Positions 47,620 to 56,729 of a stretch of DNA of 64,000 bases are shown piece after piece. The notes under the pieces are model-generated. The model was not told where the DNA came from. It saw only the letters and a list, made by a program, of their open reading frames with translations, and ran no database searches. Position 1 is the stretch's first letter. Each line of letters begins with the position of its first letter. The DNA lies in assembly GCA_964618415.1 (NCBI GenBank), contig CAZUAT010000006.1, positions 1,025 through 65,024 on the forward strand, read 5' to 3'. The position numbers and the translations under genes were made by a program. The DNA is from an uncultured Thermoanaerobaculia bacterium (GTDB lineage Bacteria; Acidobacteriota; Thermoanaerobaculia; Multivoradales; JAGPDF01).

Positions 47620-50589
47620 CTACCAGTCCACTTCCACCCGCACGCGACCCGAGCGGGTGGCCACGACGACGTGCCCCTCGCGTCGACCGAACAGATAGAC
47701 GTCGCGCAGCAGTTCGACGTCACGGCGGCAGTACTCGATCACCTGCTCGAGCTGGCCGGCACGGACCCACTCGAGACTCTGCAGGCCGTCGGCCGACTTG
47801 GTGGCCCCGAGCGTCTCCTGAGCGACGTGGCCGAGCCCGACCCGGAAGCCAAGCCGCGCGTGAAGGCTCTCGAGCAGGTCGAGGGTGGGCAGCGTCCGCG
47901 CATAGTCCTCACCCGTGTAGCCGGAGAGCACGGCGTAGTCGAAGCGGCGCGAGTTGTAGCCGACGACCAGCCGCGCCGCCTTGAGCGCGGCGACCAGATC
48001 GCCGACCTGCGCCTCGCGGTAGACCTCGAACCGGCCCTCTTCGAGAAACAGCGCCACCGCCACGGCGACGCCCATGCGGTGCGCCTTGCCCCAGCCGCCC
48101 ACCTCGTCGGCCGAGCGCAGCGTCTCGATGTCGAACAGCACCGTCGCTCCCGAGGTCCGTTCGGCGCGCGCCGGGGGCGGGACGACCTCCTCGGCGACGG
48201 GAGGGCGCGCCGGGGCCGGCCGCGGTGGGGGCGGCGCCTCTCGCTCCGACGTGGCCGGCGCCGGAGAGACCTGCGCCGCAGCCGCCAGCATCGCTCGCGC
48301 CAGCAGCAGTGCCCCGCCTTTGTCGAGCGGCCGGTTACCGTTGCCGCACTTGGGACTCTGCACGCATGCCGGACAGCCGTTCTCGCACCCGCACGCGGCC
48401 AGCAGATCGACCGTGCGCTGCAGCAGTTCGGGCAAGCGGTGTAGCGCCCGGCGGGCGATCCCAACCCCGCCCGCGTGCGCCTCGTGCACGAAGAAGCCGG
48501 GGGCTCCCAGCTGCGGATGGCCCACCAGCGAGATGCCGCCCAGATCGTTGCGGTCGCACAGCACCAGCGAGGGCAGCAGACCGATCGTGGCGTGCTCGAG
48601 CGCATGCAGCGATCCGAGCAGGCTGTGGCCGGCGGCCTCGCAGGCCGCAGCTGCCACCGCCGGCGGGCAGAGCCAGAAGCCGTGCGGCTGGGTCACCACC
48701 GGTGGCAGGTCGAGATGATGCTGATCGAGCACATCGAGCCCTTGAGAGCGCCGGCGCTCGTACCCGACGACCCGCTCGGTCACCCGCAGTCGGCCCCAGC
48801 CTCCGCGCAGCTCCCCCGCCGCCCCGCGGTCTCGGGAACGCTCGGCGCAGGCGTCGGCAGCGAGCGTTTCGAACTCCTCGAGAACTTCCGTCTCCTTCTC
48901 ACTGAGCGCCGCGGTGTACCAGTCGACGTCGGCGCGCACGACGCGCACTTCACTGGTCGCCAGCTCCAGGCTGGCGACGGCATACTGACGTCCCGCGTGC
49001 AGATAGATCGCGCCCGGATGACATTCGGCGAAAACCCGCGCGCCGTCGACCGTGCCGACGGTGCGCCCAGATTCCGACTCCACGATTGCGAAGCTGCCGC
49101 CGGTACCGCGCAGGGAGACATCGCGGTGCGGCCGCCGCGCCAGCGCGAGCAGCCGGTCGCCGTCGGCTCCTCGCACCAGCGCGCCGTCCCGTAGCAGCGT
49201 GCCCACCACCGGAGCAAACCGCTCCAGCAGGGGCGCGTCGGCGGCCAGGTCGAGCGGGCGCTCAGCCGCCGCGCAGACCAGATGCTGGGCCGCAACGAGT
49301 TCGTTGTCCGGGTCGACGAACAGGCGTTCGCTCGCCCGCTCGACGAACTGCTCGGGATGGTCGAGGACCCACTGATCCAGCGCGTCGGGCAGGGCGACCA
49401 GCACCGTGACCGACTCGCGCCCCGAGCGCCCGACACGGCCCGAGCGCTGACGGGTCGCCATGACACTGCCGGGATAGCCGACCAGAATGCAGGCGTCGAG
49501 GCCGCCGACGTCGATGCCGAGCTCGAGGGCCGAGGTGGCGATGACGCCGTCCAGTTCGCCGGCGAACAGGCGCGCCTCGATCTCGCGTCGCTCCTCGGGC
49601 AGGAAGCCGGCCCGGTAGCTGCGCACGCGCCGCACCAGATCCGGCTCCCGTCGTTCCAGCCAGCGCCAGAGCAGCTCGGTGATCCGCCGCGCGCGCGTGA
49701 AGACGATCGTCTTCTGCCCGCCGCGCACCAGTTCGGCCAGCAGCTCGATCGCCGTCGTGTAGGGGCTTGCCAGCGGCCGGACGAGCAGGAAGCGTCGGCG
49801 CTCGCGCGGCGCCCCGGATCGGTCGATCTCGCGAAACGGCGCTCCGGCCAGCGCGGCTGCGAACTCGCCGGCCCCCGACGCGGTCGCCGAGGCGGCGATC
49901 ACCGACGGCGGCCGGCCAGTCGCGCCGCCCGCGGCAGCAGCCAGCCGTCGCAGCCGACCGAGCACATGATGAAAGTGGCAGCCGAAGATCCCCCGGTAGA
50001 TATGGAGTTCGTCGAGCACGATCCAGCGCAGCTCGCGCAGGAACGCCTCCCAGGAGGCCGCGCCGGGCAGGATGCCGAGGTGCAGCATGTCGGGATTGGT
50101 GATCAGCACGCGCGGCGGCCGCCGTCGGATGCGAGCGCGCGTGGCGGACGGCGTGTCGCCGTCGTAGATCTCGCATGAGGCGAGATCTGCGTCGACGCCC
50201 GCCGCTGCAACCAGGGCCTGCCAGCGCGTGCGCTGATCCTGCCCCAGCGCCTTGAGCGGAAACAGGAAGAGAGCGCGCCCGGGTCGCCCGGCGACCACCT
50301 CTTCGAGCACCGGAAGCTGGAAGATCAGCGACTTGCCCGACGCCGTCGGGGTGGTCACCAGAACGTTGTCGCCGGCGCGCGCGGCGGTGAGCGCTTCGAC
50401 CTGATGACTCCACAGCTGGTCGATCCCGGCCGCCGCGAGGGCGTCCCGAATGGCGGTCGGCAAAGGCGGCTCCGGCTGCGCACACCGCTCGGGCTCGGCG
50501 GCCAGCTCGAGTTCGGCCACCAGCTGGGCACCGAGCCGCTCCCGCAACCGGTCGAGAACGCCGGCGAGCGGCGGGCTGGCGGCGCTCAC
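47620..50589 (-). CDS. MrfA/YprA-like DEAD/DEAH helicase with a DUF1998 Zn module, fused to a C-terminal DEDD 3'-5' exonuclease domain
   Basis: ORF of 989 aa. Helicase motifs are TPTASGKS, DELH and the QRSGRVGR region. The DUF1998 module reads CENGCPACVQSPKCGNGNRPLDK and is followed by a P-rich linker. The last 175 aa (47623-48147) carry FDIET, GYNSRRFDYAVL and YCRRDVELL. The GTG 50589 start overlaps the LOG stop (GTGA). Confidence 0.88.
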   Translation of the reverse strand: MSAASPPLAGVLDRLRERLGAQLVAELELAAEPERCAQPEPPLPTAIRDALAAAGIDQLWSHQVEALTAARAGDNVLVTTPTASGKSLIFQLPVLEEVVAGRPGRALFLFPLKALGQDQRTRWQALVAAAGVDADLASCEIYDGDTPSATRARIRRRPPRVLITNPDMLHLGILPGAASWEAFLRELRWIVLDELHIYRGIFGCHFHHVLGRLRRLAAAAGGATGRPPSVIAASATASGAGEFAAALAGAPFREIDRSGAPRERRRFLLVRPLASPYTTAIELLAELVRGGQKTIVFTRARRITELLWRWLERREPDLVRRVRSYRAGFLPEERREIEARLFAGELDGVIATSALELGIDVGGLDACILVGYPGSVMATRQRSGRVGRSGRESVTVLVALPDALDQWVLDHPEQFVERASERLFVDPDNELVAAQHLVCAAAERPLDLAADAPLLERFAPVVGTLLRDGALVRGADGDRLLALARRPHRDVSLRGTGGSFAIVESESGRTVGTVDGARVFAECHPGAIYLHAGRQYAVASLELATSEVRVVRADVDWYTAALSEKETEVLEEFETLAADACAERSRDRGAAGELRGGWGRLRVTERVVGYERRRSQGLDVLDQHHLDLPPVVTQPHGFWLCPPAVAAAACEAAGHSLLGSLHALEHATIGLLPSLVLCDRNDLGGISLVGHPQLGAPGFFVHEAHAGGVGIARRALHRLPELLQRTVDLLAACGCENGCPACVQSPKCGNGNRPLDKGGALLLARAMLAAAAQVSPAPATSEREAPPPPRPAPARPPVAEEVVPPPARAERTSGATVLFDIETLRSADEVGGWGKAHRMGVAVAVALFLEEGRFEVYREAQVGDLVAALKAARLVVGYNSRRFDYAVLSGYTGEDYARTLPTLDLLESLHARLGFRVGLGHVAQETLGATKSADGLQSLEWVRAGQLEQVIEYCRRDVELLRDVYLFGRREGHVVVATRSGRVRVEVDW

Positions 50590-51428
50590 TCGCTGGGCAC
50601 GGGCTGCGGCGGCGACGGCAGATCGCGCTCGCCGAGAATCCGGATGCGGCGCGGCGTCAGGCGCAGCCCCGCCTCGTCGCGCGCATACCGCTCGAGCAGC
50701 TCCAGCGCCTCATCCGGCGAGTCGGTCAGGTGGAGGCGATCGATGTCAGCCTCGTCGATCGTGCCGGCGGGGACCATCGACTCGCGCATGAGTTCGAACA
50801 GATCGCGCCAGTACTCGGAACCCATCAGGATCAGTGGAAAGCCCTGCATCTTGCCGGTCTGGATCAGCGTCGCCGTTTCGAACACCTCATCGAGCGTGCC
50901 GAAGCCGCCCGGCAGCACGACGAAGCCGTACGAGTACTTGACCAGCATCACCTTGCGCACGAAGAAGTAGCGAAACTCGAGGAAGCGGTCGAGATACGGG
51001 TTGGGCTCCTGTTCGAACGGCAGCTCGATGTTGCAGCCGATCGACCGCCCGCCCGCTTCACGCGCCCCCCGATTGGCCCCCTCCATGACCCCGGGGCCGC
51101 CCCCCGTCAGCACCGTGAAGCCGGCCTCGGCGATCCGCCTTCCCATCTCGCGCGCCAGTTCGTACCACCGGTGACCGGGCGGAAACCGCGCCGAGCCGAA
51201 CACCGTGACGCAGGGGCCCACGAAGTGCAACGTCCGAAAGCCGCGCAGAAACTCGAGCACGATGCGGTTGAGCCGCCGCAGTTCGACCAGTCGCCAGTCC
51301 GGGCCGCGCAGGAGCGCCCGGTCGCCGTCCGTGCGGCCCCGCCTCGGCGCCTTCCCCGTACGCGCCGCTGTGCGCCTCCCGCCGTCCTTGGCCCTGTGTG
51401 CGTCGTCGCGCTGGTCTCGATCGGACAT
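50586..51428 (-). CDS. LOG-family (TIGR00730-type) nucleotide phosphoribohydrolase
   Basis: ORF 50586..51443; I prefer ATG 51428 (MSDRDQ). It reads VTVFGSARF...TGGGPGVMEGANRGA...LPGGFGTLDEVFE. Confidence 0.85.
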   Translation of the reverse strand: MSDRDQRDDAHRAKDGGRRTAARTGKAPRRGRTDGDRALLRGPDWRLVELRRLNRIVLEFLRGFRTLHFVGPCVTVFGSARFPPGHRWYELAREMGRRIAEAGFTVLTGGGPGVMEGANRGAREAGGRSIGCNIELPFEQEPNPYLDRFLEFRYFFVRKVMLVKYSYGFVVLPGGFGTLDEVFETATLIQTGKMQGFPLILMGSEYWRDLFELMRESMVPAGTIDEADIDRLHLTDSPDEALELLERYARDEAGLRLTPRRIRILGERDLPSPPQPVPSE

Positions 51429-51495
51429 CGCGGCAGTGTACAACTCGCGGGCCGCCGACTCGCGCTAGGCTCCCGCCCCGGATTCCGGAGGCGCG

Positions 51496-52740
51496 ATGAC
51501 TCACACCGACCAGCAGGCCGAATCGAGCCCGTTCGAGCTCGACGCCGCCACCCACTCACTGGCGACCCGCCTCGCCTACCTGCCGCCCGAGGAGGCCGCA
51601 GCGGCACTCAGCGATGTCCCTGACGAGCGGGCGGCAGGCGCCCTGACTCTGCTCACCCCGGCGACGGCTCTCGACGTGCTGTGGGAGCTCGAACCGGTGC
51701 ATCGCAGTCGACTGGCGGCCGCGGCGCCCGGCGGCATGGTCGATGCGTGGATCGCCGAGTCGGCCTGGGAGGACGGCACCATCGGCCGCCTTATGGAAAA
51801 GCCGCGCGCGGTCTTCCGCCCCGAGACGACGGTGGGCGAAGCGACCGAGCGGTTGCGCGAACTCACCCGCCGCGTCCACGTGGTCTACGGCTTCGTGACC
51901 GACGCCGACGGTCTGCTGCGCGGCGTCTTCACCTTCCGCGAGCTGCTGTTTGCTGCGTCGACCGACCGTCTGGACTCGATCATGGTGCGCGATCCGTTCG
52001 CGCTGCGTCCGGAAATGACCGTGCTCGACGCGGCGCGCGCCGTCGTCACGCTGCACGTGCCCGCCTATCCCGTGTGCGATTCCAGCGGCCGGTTGATCGG
52101 GCGGGTCGCGGGGCGGACGCTCTTCGAGCAGGAGGCGATCGAGATCAGTGCCCAAGCCGGCGCCCTGGTCGGTGTCGATCGCGAGGAGCGCCTGGCAACC
52201 CGCTGGCCGCGCAGCCTGAAGTTCCGTCACCCCTGGCTGCAGCTCAACCTGGTCACCGCGTTCGTCGCCGGCGGCGTGGTGGCGCTTTTTCAGGACACCG
52301 TCGACCGGCTGGTCGTGCTGGCGATGTTCCTCCCCGTGCTGGCGGGTCAGTCCGGCAACACCGGCTGCCAGGCGCTCGCGGTCACCCTGCGCGGACTCAC
52401 GCTGGGCGAACTCGACGACGGCAACCGCCGCCGCCTGTTCGCCAAGGAGGCCTGGCTGGGCTTGCTCAACGGGGCGCTGGTGGGAATCGTCGCCGCCCTC
52501 GGCATGCTCGGGGTGGCGATCTCCCAGGGGCGGACCGACGGCCTGCGCCTCGGGCTGGTCGTCTGGCTCGCGATGGTCGGCAGTTGCGCCATCAGCGGTG
52601 TCTCCGGAGCGTTGGTGCCGCTGACGCTGAAGAAGCTCGGCGCCGACCCCGCCACCGCTTCGAGCATCTTTCTGACGACCGCCACGGACGTCATCAGCAT
52701 GGGCCTGCTGCTCGGGCTGGCGACGCTTCTCGTGCCCTGA
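51496..52740 (+). CDS. mgtE: magnesium transporter MgtE
   Basis: ORF of 414 aa with an N domain, tandem CBS domains and a TM domain carrying FLPVLAGQSGNTGCQALAV and FLTTATDVISMG. Confidence 0.9.
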   Translation: MTHTDQQAESSPFELDAATHSLATRLAYLPPEEAAAALSDVPDERAAGALTLLTPATALDVLWELEPVHRSRLAAAAPGGMVDAWIAESAWEDGTIGRLMEKPRAVFRPETTVGEATERLRELTRRVHVVYGFVTDADGLLRGVFTFRELLFAASTDRLDSIMVRDPFALRPEMTVLDAARAVVTLHVPAYPVCDSSGRLIGRVAGRTLFEQEAIEISAQAGALVGVDREERLATRWPRSLKFRHPWLQLNLVTAFVAGGVVALFQDTVDRLVVLAMFLPVLAGQSGNTGCQALAVTLRGLTLGELDDGNRRRLFAKEAWLGLLNGALVGIVAALGMLGVAISQGRTDGLRLGLVVWLAMVGSCAISGVSGALVPLTLKKLGADPATASSIFLTTATDVISMGLLLGLATLLVP

Positions 52741-52802
52741 CCGCGCCGCGGGCGTTTCGCCCGCGGAACGCGCGACGCAATCGGTTCGAGTAAGCTGACG
52801 TC

Positions 52803-53291
52803 ATGAGCAATATCCGTCGTCCGTTCGCCTTCACGACCACCCTCGCGGTCACGCTCGCGGCCGCCCTGCTCGCCGGCGCCTGTGACCGCGACGCCGGGCC
52901 GGCGTCGAGCTCTGCCTCAGTTGGCGACCGCGACTACCGCATCGCCGGCGAGGTCGTCCGCCTGCCCGACGAGCGCGATCCGCAGGTCTGGATCCGCCAC
53001 GCCGCGATTCCCGACTTCGTCGACGCTGAGGGAAACAGGGTCGGAATGGAGTCGATGATCATGCCGTTCCCGCTGGCTCCCGGCCTCGACGCAGCCGGCC
53101 TGACGCCCGGCGATCGCATCGCCTTCACCCTCGCGATGCGGTGGAACGACCGGCCGGCCAACGCGATCACGGCAATCGAGCCCCTGCCGGCCGGCGAGGC
53201 GCTGCCCTGGGATCCGGCGCCGGAGGCGGATGCGGATCCGGGCGCGGCGCCGGCGGACGCCGACAGTCAGTCGTCCGACAGCCCGAGATAG
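52803..53291 (+). CDS. CusF-like copper-binding lipoprotein (tentative)
   Basis: ORF of 162 aa with a lipobox LAGAC. The small beta-barrel-like core has MESMIMPF and GDRIAFTL, and the tail is acidic. Confidence 0.5.
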   Translation: MSNIRRPFAFTTTLAVTLAAALLAGACDRDAGPASSSASVGDRDYRIAGEVVRLPDERDPQVWIRHAAIPDFVDAEGNRVGMESMIMPFPLAPGLDAAGLTPGDRIAFTLAMRWNDRPANAITAIEPLPAGEALPWDPAPEADADPGAAPADADSQSSDSPR

Positions 53292-53872
53292 GCGGCCGCC
53301 CGCAGCAGCGCTGCGATCGACTTGCCATCGTCGATGCCGCCCGACAGCGCGCGTTGGACCGCCTCAGCGAGCGGCAGCGCCACGACGTCCAGCTGTTCGT
53401 CGGCCTGCAGATCCTGCCTGCCGGGCCCGAGCTCTCGGGCCAGGTAGAGCCAGATCCGCTCGTCGGTGAAGCCGGGCGTCGTCCAGATGGACCCGAGCGA
53501 AACCAGCTCACCCGCCCGCATTCCGGTTTCCTCCTCGCACTCGCGGCGCGCGCAGACCTCGGGCGTCTCACCGGGATCGAGCTTGCCGGCCGGCACCTCG
53601 AGCAGCCACTCGCCCCCGGTGGCGTGCCGGTACTGACGCACCAGCAGCACAGTGCCGTCGGCAGCGACCGGCACCACCGCCGCCGCGCCGGGATGCGCGA
53701 TCAACTCGAGTTGGGCGCGCCGGCCCGGCGCGAACTCGACCTCGTCAACACGCAGCCGGATCACCCTTCCGTCGAAGATCGACCGACTCGATACGACGGT
53801 CGCTGCGCCTTCGTCTCCCGGCTCGGCGCCGGCCCGGCGTCCGTCCTCGCCCTTCGAAGCCGACTCGCTCAT
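53267..53872 (-). CDS. Nudix hydrolase (ADP-ribose pyrophosphatase-like)
   Basis: Inner part of ORF 53267..54193, starting at MSESASKGED (ATG 53872). The Nudix box is GKLDPGETPEVCARRECEEETG. Confidence 0.85.
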   Translation of the reverse strand: MSESASKGEDGRRAGAEPGDEGAATVVSSRSIFDGRVIRLRVDEVEFAPGRRAQLELIAHPGAAAVVPVAADGTVLLVRQYRHATGGEWLLEVPAGKLDPGETPEVCARRECEEETGMRAGELVSLGSIWTTPGFTDERIWLYLARELGPGRQDLQADEQLDVVALPLAEAVQRALSGGIDDGKSIAALLRAAAYLGLSDD

Positions 53873-53912
53873 GGGACGATTCTTCCACGGCGGGACGGAT
53901 AGAATTTCGTCG

Positions 53913-55064
53913 ATGGCCGACTTCGTCTGGATCGACCGCGCCGACGCGCTCGCCGAGGCCGCCGAGCGCTGGCGCGGCGCCGGGCCGGTCGCGATCGACA
54001 CCGAGTTCGTCTTCGAGCGCACCTTCCGGCCGCGGCTCGGCCTCATCCAGGTCGGTGCCGGTGGCGCGGCGACGCTCATCGATCCCCAGCGCAGCGGCGA
54101 CCTCGGTCCGCTCGCGACCCTGCTGGCCGACCCCGAGGTCCGCAAGCTGCTGCACGCCGGCTCCGGCGACGTGCCGATCCTGCGCCGTGCCACCGGCGTC
54201 GCACCGGCCGGGCTGCTCGATACTCAGATTGCGGCGGCCCTCGCCGGCCTGGGAGTGGGGCTCTCCTATGCCGCGCTGATCCGCGAACTGCTCGGCGTCG
54301 ACCTGCCCAAGCACGAGACGCGCACCGACTGGCTGCGCCGCCCGCTGTCGCCCGAACAGCTGCGCTACGCCGCCGACGACGTGCTCTACCTTCCGGAGGC
54401 CGCGGCACGGCTGGAGGGGCGGCTGCTCGAACTCGGGCGGCTCGAGTGGGCGCTCGAAGACTCCGCTGAGATCGCCACGCTCGAGGACCGCAGCGATCCC
54501 GAGGAGGCCTGGCGGCGGGTGCGGGGGCTCGAACGGCTGCCCGAACGTCCGCGGCGGATCGCGCGCCTCCTGGCTGCATGGCGGGAGCGCGAGGCCGAGC
54601 GCCTCGACCTGGCGCGGCCGTTCCTGCTGCGGGACGCCACGCTGGTCGCGCTGGCGCGTCGCGACGCGATTGACGAGAAGGAGGCGACGGGTCTGCCCGA
54701 GTTCGACCGCCGGCGCCACGCCGGCCACGTCGCAGCCTGGCAGGCGGCACTCGCGGCCGCGCGCGCGGCCGTGGACGCGGATCCGCGCGCCGGGAGCGCT
54801 CCGCCGCGGGAGGCCTCGCCGCTCGACCGCGACGATCGGGAGCGCCTCGAGGCCGCCATCCACGAACTGGTGAGCCGGCGAGGAGTCGAGCTGGGCCTGC
54901 CGCCCGAGCTGCTGCTTTCGCGCCGTCAGCGCGGTCGCCTCTACGCGGCCTGGGACGGCCGCGCGCCGCTCTCCGCGCCGCTCTCCGGCTTCCGGCGCCG
55001 CCTCTTCGCCGAGGAGCTCGACGCCCTCGCGGCCGACTTCGCGCCCGCCGTTCGCGGCGGCTGA
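53913..55064 (+). CDS. rnd: ribonuclease D
   Basis: Inner part of ORF 53652..55064, starting at MADFVWIDRADAL. It has DEDD motifs (AIDTEF..., LLHAGSGD, YAADDVLYL) and an HRDC-like C-terminus. Confidence 0.88.
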   Translation: MADFVWIDRADALAEAAERWRGAGPVAIDTEFVFERTFRPRLGLIQVGAGGAATLIDPQRSGDLGPLATLLADPEVRKLLHAGSGDVPILRRATGVAPAGLLDTQIAAALAGLGVGLSYAALIRELLGVDLPKHETRTDWLRRPLSPEQLRYAADDVLYLPEAAARLEGRLLELGRLEWALEDSAEIATLEDRSDPEEAWRRVRGLERLPERPRRIARLLAAWREREAERLDLARPFLLRDATLVALARRDAIDEKEATGLPEFDRRRHAGHVAAWQAALAAARAAVDADPRAGSAPPREASPLDRDDRERLEAAIHELVSRRGVELGLPPELLLSRRQRGRLYAAWDGRAPLSAPLSGFRRRLFAEELDALAADFAPAVRGG

Positions 55065-55100
55065 TCCCGACCAACGGCGTCGCCGCTCAGCGGCGGCGGC

Positions 55101-55973
55101 TCACGGCGTCGACGATTCGGCCTCGGTGGCCAGGCGCTCCGCGAGGCGGCCGGCAATCGCCGCCGCATAGGCTGCACAGCGGCCACGGTCCACCAGTCCG
55201 TCCGGGGAACCGAGGCGAGTGCGCAGGTCGCTGGCCGACGGGTGTGGGGTGATCAGGATGGCGCAGTCGAGCGCCGCCAGCTTCTCCAGTCCGGCCCGGA
55301 AGGCGGCGACGTACGCGGGATGGTCGCTGAAGCGGTAGTCGTCACGGCTGAGCGGCGACAGGCTGTCGGCGTACACGATCGGCAGGCAGCGCTCGCCGTC
55401 GCACGATTCCCACCGCCAGCTGAGCGCTCCCGGCGTGTGGCCCGGCGTCGCGATCGGCGTCAGCGCGAGGCTACCGAGCACGACGGCGACGCCTTCCCGA
55501 ACGAGACCGTCCACTCGTGCCGCGGGAAACGGTTCGTGCATGCCGGCCTGTGGATCGTCGGGCGCAGCGACCCCCGAACTCAGGACCGGAGCCGCCGCTA
55601 CGGAGGCCAGCAGACGCGCGCCGGTGACCTGCTGGAGGCGGGCCAGCCCGGCGACATGGTCGAAGTGCTCGTGGCTGTGCAGGAGCAGCCGGACGTCGGT
55701 GAGTGCGAACCCGAGCGCGACGATGTTGGCCGCGACCGCATCCGCTCCGGCGGCGGTGCCGCCATCGATCAGCACGTGCCCCTGATCTCCCGCCACCAGG
55801 ATCGCCGTGATGCCGCAGGTGCCCACGTAGTAGCTGTTGCCGAAAATCCGAAACGGCGGCCCCGGCTCGTCCCAGTCGTCCCAGTCGCCGCACCGCTCGA
55901 TCCAGGCGCGGTGTGCGTCGGCAGACCCGGCCGCGTCGGAAAGGCCGCCGGTGGCACAGCCGCCGAGCGCCAC
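55101..55973 (-). CDS. subclass B3 metallo-beta-lactamase-fold lipoprotein
   Basis: ORF of 290 aa with the HSHEHFDH zinc motif, TPGHTPG, and a B3-like N-terminus (PFRIFGNSYYVGT). The in-frame upstream sequence FSCRRAARALASWIGLVALGGC is a textbook lipoprotein signal peptide but has no ATG, GTG or TTG, so the true start may be CTG 56024. Confidence 0.8.
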   Translation of the reverse strand: MALGGCATGGLSDAAGSADAHRAWIERCGDWDDWDEPGPPFRIFGNSYYVGTCGITAILVAGDQGHVLIDGGTAAGADAVAANIVALGFALTDVRLLLHSHEHFDHVAGLARLQQVTGARLLASVAAAPVLSSGVAAPDDPQAGMHEPFPAARVDGLVREGVAVVLGSLALTPIATPGHTPGALSWRWESCDGERCLPIVYADSLSPLSRDDYRFSDHPAYVAAFRAGLEKLAALDCAILITPHPSASDLRTRLGSPDGLVDRGRCAAYAAAIAGRLAERLATEAESSTP

Positions 55974-56012
55974 GAGGCCGATCCAGCTCGCCAGAGCGCG
56001 TGCTGCGCGGCG

Positions 56013-56054
56013 GCAAGAAAACAGAACGCCCCGCCGGCCGAGGCCGACGGGGCG
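56013..56054 (-). terminator. intrinsic terminator downstream of csp copy 1
   Basis: The minus strand reads GCCCCGUCGGCC-uc-GGCCGGCGGGGC (one G-U pair), followed by GUUCUGUUUUCUU. Confidence 0.7.
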
Positions 56055-56077
56055 AAAGGAAAGAGAAGGACGAAGGC

Positions 56078-56281
56078 TCAGAGGCGGACGACGTTGCGGG
56101 CCTGCAGGCCCTTCTGCCCCTCGACCGCCTCGAACGACACGCGGTCACCCTCGTTGAGCGAGCGATAGCCCTCGCTGAGGATGGCGGTGTGGTGGACGAA
56201 GACGTCCGGCCCGCTCTCGCGGGAGATGAAGCCGTAACCCTTCTCGTTGTTGAACCACTTGACGGTTCCCTGCTCGGTCAT
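56078..56281 (-). CDS. cspA: cold-shock protein (CspA family), copy 1
   Basis: ORF of 67 aa reading [31 protein letters not shown], with the RNP1 and RNP2 motifs. An AAGGAG SD is present. Confidence 0.95.
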   Translation of the reverse strand: MTEQGTVKWFNNEKGYGFISRESGPDVFVHHTAILSEGYRSLNEGDRVSFEAVEGQKGLQARNVVRL

Positions 56282-56474
56282 GCGTGACTCCTTGCTGCTG
56301 GTACTGCGGTTGTAGGTGCCGACTGCCGGAAGTGGCAGGCAGCGGGTGCGTCCCGGTCAGGGGACACATTTCGAAGAATCGGAACCGATCGAAATCCGAG
56401 CGACAGGTCGCTCCTGGGCACGGAAGCACCGGCCTGCGGAGTCGGGCGCATGGGACGCGGATCGGGAGAGAGGA

Positions 56475-56503
56475 GGCTGTGCCGACGGGCCGCCGGCACA
56501 GCC
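56475..56503 (-). terminator. hairpin downstream of csp copy 2 (terminator-like, weak U tract)
   Basis: GGCUGUGCCG-9 nt-CGGCACAGCC forms a perfect 10-bp stem. It is followed by UCCUCUCUCCCGAU, which is pyrimidine-rich but not a clean U run. Confidence 0.45.
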
Positions 56504-56525
56504 GGAAAGTGCGAATCGGGAGGGC

Positions 56526-56729
56526 TCAGAGACGGACGACGTTGCGGGCTTGGAGGCCCTTCTGTCCATCGACGACTTCGAACGAGACGCGATCGCCCTC
56601 GTTGAGCGACCGGTACCCCTCGCTGAGGATGGCGGTGTAGTGGACGAAGACGTCCGGCCCGTTCTCACGGGAGATGAAGCCGTAACCCTTCTCGTTGTTG
56701 AACCACTTGACGGTTCCCTGCTCGGTCAT
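56526..56729 (-). CDS. cspA: cold-shock protein (CspA family), copy 2
   Basis: ORF of 67 aa that differs from copy 1 at 4 residues. The 26 nt upstream of the ATG are identical to copy 1 (CAGTACCAGCAGCAAGGAGTCACGC). Confidence 0.95.
   Translation of the reverse strand: MTEQGTVKWFNNEKGYGFISRENGPDVFVHYTAILSEGYRSLNEGDRVSFEVVDGQKGLQARNVVRL

Noticed and set aside
51444-51495. M-box (Mg2+) riboswitch expected upstream of mgtE.
   Set aside because: The divergent intergenic region is only about 50-65 nt. That is far too short for an M-box of roughly 160 nt.
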